Part shown: piece after piece, positions 38,681 to 47,600 of the stretch
How the letters are laid out: each line of letters starts with the position of its first letter
How positions within the stretch are numbered: position 1 is the stretch's first letter
Source of the DNA: a virus
Lineage: Duplodnaviria; Caudoviricetes
Virus record (IMG/VR): IMGVR_UViG_3300043411_000192
Coordinates: 1 to 59,222 of that record
Length of the DNA: 59,222 nt
Strand: one strand, 5' to 3'
Program-made: the position numbers and the translations under genes
The notes under the pieces: model-generated
Databases searched by the model: none
Told to the model about the DNA's origin: nothing
What the model saw: only the letters and a program-made list of their open reading frames with translations

Positions 38681-39190
38681 ATGCCGCCGTTCCTCACCTC
38701 CACCGTCATCCCCGGCGAGATGCTCGCCGGTACCCGCCTCCTGTCAGCGAACACGCTGTACTACATCCCGTTCCCATGCATGAGAACCACAACGTTCGAC
38801 CGCATCCAGTCCTATTGCGGGGCGTCTGGGCACAGCATCCGAATGGGCATCTACGAATCCGGCAGCGACGGGTTGCCGGGCGCGTTGCTGTTGGACGCCG
38901 GGGCTGCGACCGCGCCCGTCGCCTCCACGGCCCTCACCATCACCATTTCGCAGGCGTTGGTCGGCGGCACCCTGTACTGGCTCGGGCTGGTCTCGGACAG
39001 CGCGGCGACGGTCGTGAAGTGTTCGCCGATCGGTTCGCAGGCGTTCGGTCTAGCAAGCGCGATGGGCACCGGCGGCAACCAGGCAGTCATCTCGCAGTCC
39101 CACACGTACGGCGCGTTGCCGTCGAACGCGTCGGGGCTGTCGTACACAAACTCGGGGGATCTGCCAGCGATCGGAGTGAGGGCATCATGA
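38681..39190 (+). CDS. Stand-alone beta-sandwich domain paralogous to the fibre C-termini
   Basis: True start MPPFLTST after AGGAG; the longer track ORF from 37904 is an overlap artefact. IRMGIY...G.PGALL...YWLGL. Confidence 0.7.
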   Translation: MPPFLTSTVIPGEMLAGTRLLSANTLYYIPFPCMRTTTFDRIQSYCGASGHSIRMGIYESGSDGLPGALLLDAGAATAPVASTALTITISQALVGGTLYWLGLVSDSAATVVKCSPIGSQAFGLASAMGTGGNQAVISQSHTYGALPSNASGLSYTNSGDLPAIGVRAS

Positions 39191-39468
39191 GAACGGTCAT
39201 CACCTACGGCGTCGGCGGCTACAACCCTGATTTGCCGAACGGCAACATCGTCGAACAGACGGTCGACAACCTCGACGGCACCGGCACGAGGACCACCTAC
39301 GACGCCGACGGCAACGTCACCAGCGTCGAACAACTCACCGGGCTACCGATCCCCGTGCCACCCGAGCCGACCGCGGAGGAACGACTCGCGACCCTGCTCG
39401 CGGCGTTGACCGACGCGCAGTCGCTCGAAGAGATCCGTGATGCCGCTGCTGCGGCAGGGGGCAACTGA
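39187..39468 (+). CDS. Small fibre-associated protein (paralog of 32223-32612)
   Basis: MRTVITYGVGGYNPDLPNGNIV...DNLDGTGT..YD.DG; ATGA overlap. Confidence 0.7.
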   Translation: MRTVITYGVGGYNPDLPNGNIVEQTVDNLDGTGTRTTYDADGNVTSVEQLTGLPIPVPPEPTAEERLATLLAALTDAQSLEEIRDAAAAAGGN

Positions 39469-39750
39469 TGGCAACCAAGCGTGAACGGCTCGACAGCCTG
39501 ACGGCGAAGATTCGGGGCAATATCGACGTGGACATTCAACATCGAACCTTGGAGCAGTCTTGTTGTGAGGAACTATAAGATCAACAACTTTACTGCTGGC
39601 TGGTCTAGGGGTCAGGTTGTGTTCTCTGGTGGACCCGATTTCAACTGTCAAGTGTTTGATGTTGATTTTACTAATCTTGTTGTAACTGATCCTAGGGGTG
39701 AGACTAACGACTTTAGCATTGCAGCTTGTGCTGATATTATGATAAAATAA
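39468..39750 (+). pseudogene. Frame-disrupted or chimeric ORF at the GC-rich/AT-rich junction
   Basis: The ATG at 39468 (TGATG coupling) stops after about 36 codons, while the +1 frame is open from 39502 to 39750. Confidence 0.4.
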
Positions 39751-39771
39751 ACTATAAAAAGGAAAAAGGAT

Positions 39772-40011
39772 ATGTTTGGAAGAGATAAGGAATTTTTAGG
39801 TAAACGTAGAGATAGAGCAATAGCAATTATTCTCTCATATAAAGAGAGAGAATGTGACGACTATTTACCTGACTACGTTTCTAGAGAATTAAGGAAAGTT
39901 GTTTTAGATCAAATAAATGATATTTGTGATTTAGCTATGGATCTAATGAATGACGATATAGATTTTAACGAGGAGTTTCTAAATAAATTGGATGAGATTC
40001 TAGAACGATAG
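39772..40011 (+). CDS. Hypothetical protein
   Basis: 79-aa ORF with AAGGA RBS. Confidence 0.65.
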   Translation: MFGRDKEFLGKRRDRAIAIILSYKERECDDYLPDYVSRELRKVVLDQINDICDLAMDLMNDDIDFNEEFLNKLDEILER

Positions 40012-40020
40012 AGGTGAATT

Positions 40021-40803
40021 ATGGCTCGCAAAGGTAACACGACCGTTACTCTAGATATTAGATATATTCTTGAAGACGTTGCTAAGCAAGCGAATAAAGA
40101 ATTAGCTAAGGAGCTACGTCTATGGGCCAGAACAGCTAAAAGAAATGTTACTCGCGCCTCTGGGCTGAAGCAGTTAAATCAAAAGGTTGCTGACAAAGCT
40201 AGAGAGAGAGTTATTAATTCTTACGAGTCTAGTTCTATTGGTGAGAGAAAATCATATAGATACAATGACCGTGGAAAGTTCCGTCGTTATGCTAATGGTA
40301 GAATGGAAAAGGCTCTAAGAGATCCTAAAACAATTACTGCTGATGAGCATGGAATTAAGTTTATTGATGCTAGCAGAATGGACTACTGGGCTAAGCAGTG
40401 GTACAGACTGAACTTCGGTACGAAGGGTGGTAACACTAAGAGAGCACCATCTGCTCAGTCGATGAACTTCTTTGGTGTCCAGACTGGTGTGAGAGTAAGT
40501 TTAGACCAGTACCCAGCATCTAAGGACTTTAGAATTCCTAAAGGTTTTTTCTCTATGACCTTCGCTCCGAAGACAGCAGGAACAAAACTTAGAAAGCCTC
40601 GTGGTGCAAATGATGCCTTCTATGCTGCCCGTAAAGATAAAAGACAACGAGCGATTCCAAGCAAGACTACACCATTCTTTTCTGGGAAAGCCAGCGCAAG
40701 TATTAGTGGTCAGCGATTCCTAGATTCCGGTGCTTCTTATATAAACGCTTATTATGGTAGACAGTTTGCGGCGCTTGCACGATCTTGGCTTGAAATAAAA
40801 TGA
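40021..40803 (+). CDS. Basic hypothetical protein (possible neck/tail-completion protein)
   Basis: 260 aa, Arg/Lys-rich, GAGGTG RBS, upstream of the tail tube. Confidence 0.55.
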   Translation: MARKGNTTVTLDIRYILEDVAKQANKELAKELRLWARTAKRNVTRASGLKQLNQKVADKARERVINSYESSSIGERKSYRYNDRGKFRRYANGRMEKALRDPKTITADEHGIKFIDASRMDYWAKQWYRLNFGTKGGNTKRAPSAQSMNFFGVQTGVRVSLDQYPASKDFRIPKGFFSMTFAPKTAGTKLRKPRGANDAFYAARKDKRQRAIPSKTTPFFSGKASASISGQRFLDSGASYINAYYGRQFAALARSWLEIK

Positions 40804-40806
40804 TAG

Positions 40807-40823
40807 GACGATAACTACTATAG
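40807..40823 (+). promoter_or_regulatory. Putative late-promoter motif
   Basis: GACGATaactactATAG; 16 of 17 nt identical to the copy at 619-635. Confidence 0.7.
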
Positions 40824-40870
40824 GAAGCAGAGCAAAGGTTCTGCGATTCATATATTAGTCGGAGGAAGTC

Positions 40871-41701
40871 TTGTTATATGTTTATGGTCTACTAGATCCT
40901 GAGACAAAAATAATAAGGTATGTAGGCCAGACTAATAAACTTCAGAAAAGATTGAACGATCATATCTCTGAAGCTAAGTACAGTTCAAAATTTAACAGAA
41001 AGAATAATTGGATTAGGTTTTTATTAAAGAATAACTTAAAACCTGAAATGATAGTTCTGGAAGAATTTAAAGATAGATATTCTTGTAATAAAGGTGAAGT
41101 ATTTCATATTTCTCAATTACTAGATTGTGGCTTCGATTTAACAAATGCGACTTCTGGCGGTGATAGTTTTTATACTAGGTCGGCAGAGTCAATCCAAAGA
41201 GCTTCTAATTCTAAACTGGGTAAGAAACTCTCTGAAGAGACAAAGCATAAAATGAAAGAGTCTGCTAAAAGAAGAATTAACCCTGATGAAATAGAAAGAT
41301 TAAGATCTATATCAAATGGAACTCCACCAAACTTTAAAGGTGAAGAAGTCTTAAATTCAAAACTCAAGGAAAAAGATGTCATCTGCATAAGAAGACAATT
41401 AAATTCTGGTTTTAGATTAACAGATATCTGTAAAGAATTTCCAAATATATCTGTTTCCACAATTCATAATGCAGCAATAGGTAAAACTTGGGCGCATGTG
41501 AATGAACCATTTTTTAAGCCACGGAAAGCGGTTAAATTAACTAAAGAAAATGTTATAGAAATTAGGTCGTTGTTAAACGAAAATATTTCTCAAACTGAAA
41601 TTGCCATTAGGTATAGTATAGATCCTTCAACCGTTTCTAATATCAAAACTGGCAAAAGACGTAAAAACGTAAAATCTACTGTTACTAAAACAGTCTCATA
41701 A
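40871..41701 (+). mobile_element. Free-standing GIY-YIG homing endonuclease with NUMOD3-like and HTH DNA-binding modules
   Basis: YVYGL...IRYVGQT...KRL..H, LTN...GG, GKKLSEETKHKM and C-terminal HTHs; very AT-rich. Confidence 0.85.
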
Positions 41702-41713
41702 GGAGGTAGAACA

Positions 41714-42967
41714 ATCGCTCTAAGTGGTGGTCAAATTATTACACAAGCAGGTAAGTATGTTCTAGACCGTATCCAGACCGGTGGTCCTGGCGATCTAAAC
41801 ATCCCTGAAGAAAAAATCTACGAACTAGGTAACTACGAAAGTATCGCTACCATTCGTGACATTCCAGAAATTTCATTCGACCTAGAGTCATTCGATATGA
41901 CAACAGAGTTTGAAGCGATCCTCGTAAATGAAGATCCCTCAACATTCTCTTCAACTGTCGGCTCTAACGAGATTGATTTCCGTGACGCTGTTCCAATCGA
42001 CATCGTTTCACCTTGGAAGTCTCGCCGTGGTCAGTTCGACATCGTTAAGGGTGTAGTTATCCCTTATCTAACTCTAGAGTCAGCAACATACCGTTTCGGT
42101 GTTGGTGAGTCGAGCACACAGTCATTCACAATGCGTGGTGACTCAATCTTCTATACTCCTGGTCAGCCTTACATTCAGGAAGAGACAAACGTCGGTGTGG
42201 GTCCATACACCCTAGATCGTACAGCTTCTCTATACGACCAGAACGGTGATAGCATTTACGCTCTAAGCGTTTGTTTAGTAGACTCAACATCTAAGGCATA
42301 CAAGAGACTATTCTTCGATGACTCTGGTGACACTGGCTACCTAAACACTGCTACAACTCTAACTCTAGCTGACGATGATTCAGCTACTTACGATACTGTT
42401 CGTATCACATATGGTTCTCTAACTACAACCAACTACACTCAGACAGGTAACAACCCTGAAGGACAGAAGATTCACGCTACAACTTCTGTTAAACCTGCTG
42501 CGGTTCGTGGTAAAGACATCGACGTATACATCGGTTCAACTGATGCTACTCCAGTCTTCACTCGTCTAAACTCCGTACAGAGCTTTGAGACAACTTGGAC
42601 AGCCAACCTAGAGAACGATGAGGAACTAGGTAACGAGCGTTATGTTTCAACAGAATATGACGTACCTGAGGTAAACGGTTCAATTGGTGTTAAGCCATTC
42701 GATCCAGCCGATCTTTTCACTAAGATTTCTCAGATCACAGGCGTAAGCGCTTCTGAGGTTATCGGCCCCAACATCACAACCCCAGTACCTCTAGAAATTC
42801 GTGTATCTCACCCAGATACAGGTGCTCGTCTAAAGACTCTATACATCCCAGATGCTCGCTTCAGCGTTCCAGGCTACTCAGGTCAGGCTAACACTAAGCT
42901 AGAGACTTCAATGAACTTCACCTCAGACGGTGGTAACCTTTACATCTACAACGGAAGTCGAGTATAA
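41714..42967 (+). CDS. Major tail (tube) protein with apparent ATC start
   Basis: The frame of track ORF 41897 extends 61 codons upstream to ATC 41714, which sits 6 nt after AGGAGGT. Codon bias resembles the capsid gene, and a terminator follows. Confidence 0.75.
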   Translation: MALSGGQIITQAGKYVLDRIQTGGPGDLNIPEEKIYELGNYESIATIRDIPEISFDLESFDMTTEFEAILVNEDPSTFSSTVGSNEIDFRDAVPIDIVSPWKSRRGQFDIVKGVVIPYLTLESATYRFGVGESSTQSFTMRGDSIFYTPGQPYIQEETNVGVGPYTLDRTASLYDQNGDSIYALSVCLVDSTSKAYKRLFFDDSGDTGYLNTATTLTLADDDSATYDTVRITYGSLTTTNYTQTGNNPEGQKIHATTSVKPAAVRGKDIDVYIGSTDATPVFTRLNSVQSFETTWTANLENDEELGNERYVSTEYDVPEVNGSIGVKPFDPADLFTKISQITGVSASEVIGPNITTPVPLEIRVSHPDTGARLKTLYIPDARFSVPGYSGQANTKLETSMNFTSDGGNLYIYNGSRV

Positions 42968-43013
42968 TTAATAGGTTCAAGAGTCTGATAGATTCTAAAT
43001 CTAAATCTTACTG

Positions 43014-43051
43014 AGAGGGAAGAAGACCTAAAAGTCTTCTTCCCTCTTTTT
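43014..43051 (+). terminator. Intrinsic terminator
   Basis: AGAGGGAAGAAGAC-ctaaaa-GTCTTCTTCCCTCT-TTTT. Confidence 0.92.
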
Positions 43052-43072
43052 GTTTCATTAAGGAGATTTTAA

Positions 43073-43339
43073 ATGGGTGCTCATTCCTGGGGTTGCAGAA
43101 ACCTATATAGAACTAAGAAAACAAATTATAATAAACCTTATCTAGTGTATCGAAAAGATTATTGTGAAAATCTTGAATGCACAGCAACTATAGTTGACAA
43201 ATGTCAACTTGATGTTCATCATATAGATGGTGATCATTTAAACAATGATATAGAAAATTTACAAACTTTATGTTCTAATTGTCATCGGCTGGTGACTAAA
43301 CTAAATATGGAATATGTTAATAAGATTTATCACCCCTAG
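43073..43339 (+). CDS. Small HNH endonuclease
   Basis: C....C...LDVHHIDGDHLNN..ENLQTLCSNCH. Confidence 0.85.
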   Translation: MGAHSWGCRNLYRTKKTNYNKPYLVYRKDYCENLECTATIVDKCQLDVHHIDGDHLNNDIENLQTLCSNCHRLVTKLNMEYVNKIYHP

Positions 43340-43355
43340 TCATGGGGGTCTTTTT
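43332..43355 (+). terminator. Intrinsic terminator
   Basis: ACCCC-tagtcat-GGGGGT-CTTTTT. Confidence 0.6.
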
Positions 43356-43364
43356 CTTGTTTAT

Positions 43365-43381
43365 GCCGATCTATAGAATAG
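43365..43381 (+). promoter_or_regulatory. Putative late-promoter motif
   Basis: GCCGATctatagaATAG after a terminator and before the chaperone gene. Confidence 0.7.
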
Positions 43382-43419
43382 GACACAGGTTAACATCAAG
43401 GATACAAGGAGAAATATTA

Positions 43420-44211
43420 ATGTCTAATATTGACGTTCGTAAAGAGAAGATTATTGCACCTAAAGAGCGTAGACTCTCAGAGCTGTATGTTACAGGTCGT
43501 GAGGTTGTATTTGACGACGGTGAGGGTGAGCCTCTAGAGCTATGGCTACAGAAGCTAACACCTGCTGAAACGCAGGAAGCTGTGAACCGTTCTCGTCCAG
43601 CTAAGTCGAGAATCACTTCCATTAAGAGACTACCTGACGATGCTTCAGAGCGTATGCTTTACTTCGATCAGATGGATGAATATGGCATCTATACAACAGA
43701 TGAAATGATCGCATTTCTTATCCAGCCTAAACTCAACCAGTATGCTCTATCAGCAGAAGCTCGTGTAGCTGATGAAAAAGAATGGTCTGAGGATGATTAC
43801 CTAACTGGTCTTCAGAATGCTTGGAACGAAGGTCTTAAAGATACATATGCAGCAGACCCAGAAGACGCTGATGCTGCTCGTGTGTTTGGTGAACTCCGTA
43901 AGTATACGGATCAGGTACAGGCTGAGATTGACGCTGAAGAGAGAGAGCTTACATACGAGCTTCAGGATCTTGAAGAAGATGAATTGCGTAAACGAATCGT
44001 AAACAAGCTTATTGAGGATCATGGTGACAATGCGCTCATCGAAGAGTTCCGTCGTCAACAGCTATTTTTCGCAACTCGTCTTGGTTCAGACCATTCCAAG
44101 AGATACTTCCAGTCTCGTGAAGAAGTAGATTCATGCCAAGGTCCTGTATATAACAAACTCGTCCTAACATACATTGAGCTTTCAGTAGATTCATTTGAGG
44201 GAAAAGACTAG
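43420..44211 (+). CDS. Tail assembly chaperone (gpG-like)
   Basis: Lies between tail tube and tape measure; start moved to ATG 43420 (AAGGAG RBS); ends with a slippery site. Confidence 0.8.
   Translation: MSNIDVRKEKIIAPKERRLSELYVTGREVVFDDGEGEPLELWLQKLTPAETQEAVNRSRPAKSRITSIKRLPDDASERMLYFDQMDEYGIYTTDEMIAFLIQPKLNQYALSAEARVADEKEWSEDDYLTGLQNAWNEGLKDTYAADPEDADAARVFGELRKYTDQVQAEIDAEERELTYELQDLEEDELRKRIVNKLIEDHGDNALIEEFRRQQLFFATRLGSDHSKRYFQSREEVDSCQGPVYNKLVLTYIELSVDSFEGKD
44199..44205 (+). other. Programmed -1 frameshift site G GGA AAA
   Basis: The -1 frame from 44199 is open and in frame with ORF 44229-44555. Confidence 0.85.
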
Positions 44212-44555
44212 CGGGCACACCTCATTTTTTGAGGATGGCGTCCACCACTAAGTCAACAGGATCTGGTCACCTGATGTGGCCGGAAGGAATGAATGTTGAA
44301 ACTATTCATAATGACTTGTTTGTTGTTATTGAACATGCTTTGCGTGTCCTGTCTTGGCAGGAGAATCTAACATCGGATGAATGCCCTCCTTCTTGGATGT
44401 GGCATCTTGACTGGGAAATCGAAACTTGGTTCAAGAAGATCCAGTCCGAAAGAGACTCCAAATACGGAGGAAATAAGAACAAAACCATTGATGAGGACGA
44501 TGGAGGAATGTGGGAAGAGAACGTTTACTTTGAACGTATGAAGGAATCCTTATAA
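44199..44555 (+). CDS. Tail assembly chaperone, frameshift extension (gpGT-like)
   Basis: In the -1 frame relative to the chaperone gene; precedes the tape measure. Confidence 0.8.
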   Translation, partial: GKRLAGTPHFLRMASTTKSTGSGHLMWPEGMNVETIHNDLFVVIEHALRVLSWQENLTSDECPPSWMWHLDWEIETWFKKIQSERDSKYGGNKNKTIDEDDGGMWEENVYFERMKESL

Positions 44556-44572
44556 GACGATATCTTAAATAG
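44556..44572 (+). promoter_or_regulatory. Putative late-promoter motif
   Basis: GACGATatcttaaATAG before the tape measure gene. Confidence 0.7.
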
Positions 44573-44606
44573 GAAAAGCTTTAAGGAAAAGGGGTGTTAC
44601 TAAAAT

Positions 44607-47600
44607 ATGGCTAATAATAAAGTTATGATTGATCTATTAGTAAACCCCAAGACCGCTAAGGCTGGGTTGAATGAGCTTGAATCATACCTCAATAAGCTTC
44701 AACGTAGTGCCGGTGGAAGTAGCACCGCTAAAGTAGCCCAGCTACCTCGTGAAGCGAAATCTCGCCTACTTGACACAAAACAGGTTGTCAATGGTAAAGA
44801 TACTGCCGAGCTAAAGAAGCAAGAGCAACTGCTTATGCGTATGGCTCGTGAGCGTGGTAAGCTTCTAGGTCTTGCACAGGCTGAGCTTACTGTTGCAGCT
44901 AAGGCTGCTGGAAAACAAGCTTCTTCTATTGAAGTTGGAAAACTAAAGAAAGTATCTTCTGCGGCCTTTGCTACTAGCTTAGGTCTAGATGCGTTGCCTG
45001 TTGCTATTCAGAAGGAATTTGACAAGGTAGCTCAACAGACACGTCTTGCTGTAAATAAGGCTGTTGGTAAACTCTCTGGCGTAGCTGCTCAGAAAGAATT
45101 TAGAACACAGTCAAACCAAATACTAAATGAAGTTGGCGTAACCAAGCCAACTCGTGTTCGTTCGGCTGCTCGTGTTGCGGCAGAGACTCCACGCAGAGTA
45201 GCTGGAACTCCTACCCCTCAGCAAGAGCGCCCTAAAAAGGTTCGCTCTGCTAAGCCTCTAGACACGTCTACAAGCGATTCTAGAACCCAGAAGGCAGCGG
45301 ACTCCAACGCCAAAGATGCAGAGCGTTCAGCGGCCTCTCAGAAGGCTTCACGTCAACGTTCAGATAAGGCTCTCGCTGCCAAAGCTGCATCCGATGAGAG
45401 GGCAGCTAAACTCTCTTCCCAGAGAGAAAAGTCAGGCGAGAGGGCTGCCAAAAAAGCAGAAGCAGGCTTGGGTACAACCTCTAAGGTTGAGTCACCAAAA
45501 TGGCGTGGGAATTTTCCAAAGGAACAAGTTGCAGCGGCTCAAAAGAATGCAGAAAAGCTTTTAGCTACCAGAATTCCGGTTGATGCTCTTGATGATGTTT
45601 TAAAGAATGGTCTTAAGACTCAGTTTGAAGACATCAGAACTCAGGGTGGTAACAGTAAAGGTGCAAGAGATAGAACCGAATCTTTCTGGGGTGTTCCAAA
45701 AGATGCTCGACCAGATCAAAGACCAAAGTATGGTTTCCTTGCAGACAAGAAGGGTCTTTCAAAAACTTCTGGTTATGGACAGGTTCTTTTAAATCTTGAA
45801 CTTGATCCTGGTCAAGTCTCCGTTACTCTTGGAGACTCTGGTTCAGATGTTCCTTCGGATGTAGTATCTCTTAAGGACTTTAAAGAAAAAGAATATGATG
45901 ACCTAGCAAGATATTCCAACCCAAGAGATGACTATATTGAAACGCAGATGCGTGGAAATATTGGCAGAGAACAAATTAAGTCTGTTGAGTTTCTGCCTGA
46001 GGCAATGGCAACTAAGGCTGATTTAAATAAACTTCTTGATGTAGCTGATGTTGCCAATCGTGCCGGTCTTCCACTTAAGGTTACACAACAGCCAGGAGAT
46101 ATTCTAGAGCCAGCCCAAAACACTCAACAAAGATTGAGTGGGGTTGTTGAGGCATTAAAGGCTAAAGGTCTAGATATTGAGCTAACTCCTCTTAATGAAG
46201 CCGTTGAAAGATTCGGAACTAAGCTTAAGTCAGTTACCGATCTTCCTTCAAAGGCTTTAGCTCCTATTTATGCAGAAGACGCAGCAAAGATTCCTTCACA
46301 AGTTGAAGGTTTTCAAAAGGACATTGATCAAGATACTAGATTCTCCAAGGCTAAAGAAGCTGAAGAGGTTAAACAGGTAGCTGCTGAAAAAAGAGTCACA
46401 AAAGCTACGGAAAAAGAAGCACAGATTCTTGCAGCTAAAACATCTGCTGCTGCACAAGCTCCTGCACAAACTGCTGCACCACAACAGTCTCTTATCCCAG
46501 AACAACGTCCAGTTAAAGATATCAATGCTGAGACTATGGCAAAGCTCAAAGCTTTGCAAGACGAGTATCTACAGACTTGGAAAAAGAAAGTAATACTTGA
46601 AAGAGCTGGCCAGGAAAGTCGCAACAAAGTTTACCAAATTGAAAAGCAAATAGAGGTAACAAAAGATCAAGAGCGTATTACAGCATTGAAGGCTCTTCGT
46701 TCTAGAGAGCAGTCTATTCAAAAGAGCATTACCGCTGAGTCCCGAAAAGTTGGCGATGCAATCGATTCAATAAGAGAAGAAGCCTTTACTCTCCCTGACA
46801 TTGATCAGTCAGAAAAGTTTATGTCAAATTACCCGGCCAGAGAAATTTTCCAGAGTCAGGCTGGGACGCTTGAAAGAAAAGCAAGAGAACAATTAGAACA
46901 AGAGGCTGGCTTAACTAAGGGAGTTAAGACTAATTTTGATGCTGAAATAGAAGCAGAACTTAAGAAGCAACTAGGTGACGAAAAAACTCTAACTAATCTG
47001 ACTGAAACTGAAGTTAGTATCCGTCGTAGATCAGTAGGTTCTGAACTTGCTACAACTAAAGCAAGCAGAAGACGAGCAGAAGCTCTTAAGGTTGATGAGG
47101 TTATTCCTCCAACTCCACGTAGAGCTGATATTGTTCCAACCGCTCCACCACCAGTTATTGAAGCTCAAAGCGTAACTAAAGCTGAGAAGCGTAGAATCGT
47201 TCAGGGTCGTGGACAGGAAAGAGCAGACTACTTCGCTAGAGGAAGTCGTGGCGTTGATCCTATCGTTGTTGATGGTGAAGAACGTAAGGCTCTAGAGGCT
47301 AAAACCAGAGAGCGTGTAGCTTCAGAAACTCAGGCCGATGTAGCCACTCGTGGTGCTGCAAGCCTACAACAACTAGAGGCACTAGAAGCTGCCGAAGCCG
47401 CTAAGCAACTCGCTGCTGAGCGTCAAATCACTGCTGTCGTAGAACAAGAAGCTATCGACAGAAAAACATTCTACAGCCGTGGTGGCAGAACCCGTGCTGA
47501 AACAAACGCTGCTGAACGTGAACGCCGTGCTGGTGTTCGTGCTGACCAGGGTGACTACGTTAAGGATCTAGAAGATCAGTATGGTCCTCAGGTAGTCAAA

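Noticed and set aside
30517-39468. Diversity-generating retroelement acting on the repeated fibre-tip domains
   Set aside because: No reverse transcriptase in the window, and no near-identical template/variable repeat pair differing at adenines was seen.
33106-39651. Many long alternative-frame and antisense ORFs (e.g. 37518-38606 minus, 36715-37437 minus, 5' parts of 37904-39190 and 38569-39468)
   Set aside because: Expected shadow ORFs in GC-rich DNA. They give Arg/Pro-rich low-information translations and overlap better-supported genes that have RBSs and coupled starts.
40830-41713. Group I intron housing the GIY-YIG gene
   Set aside because: No upstream exon, and the flanks are too short to hold a ribozyme core, so it is treated as free-standing.
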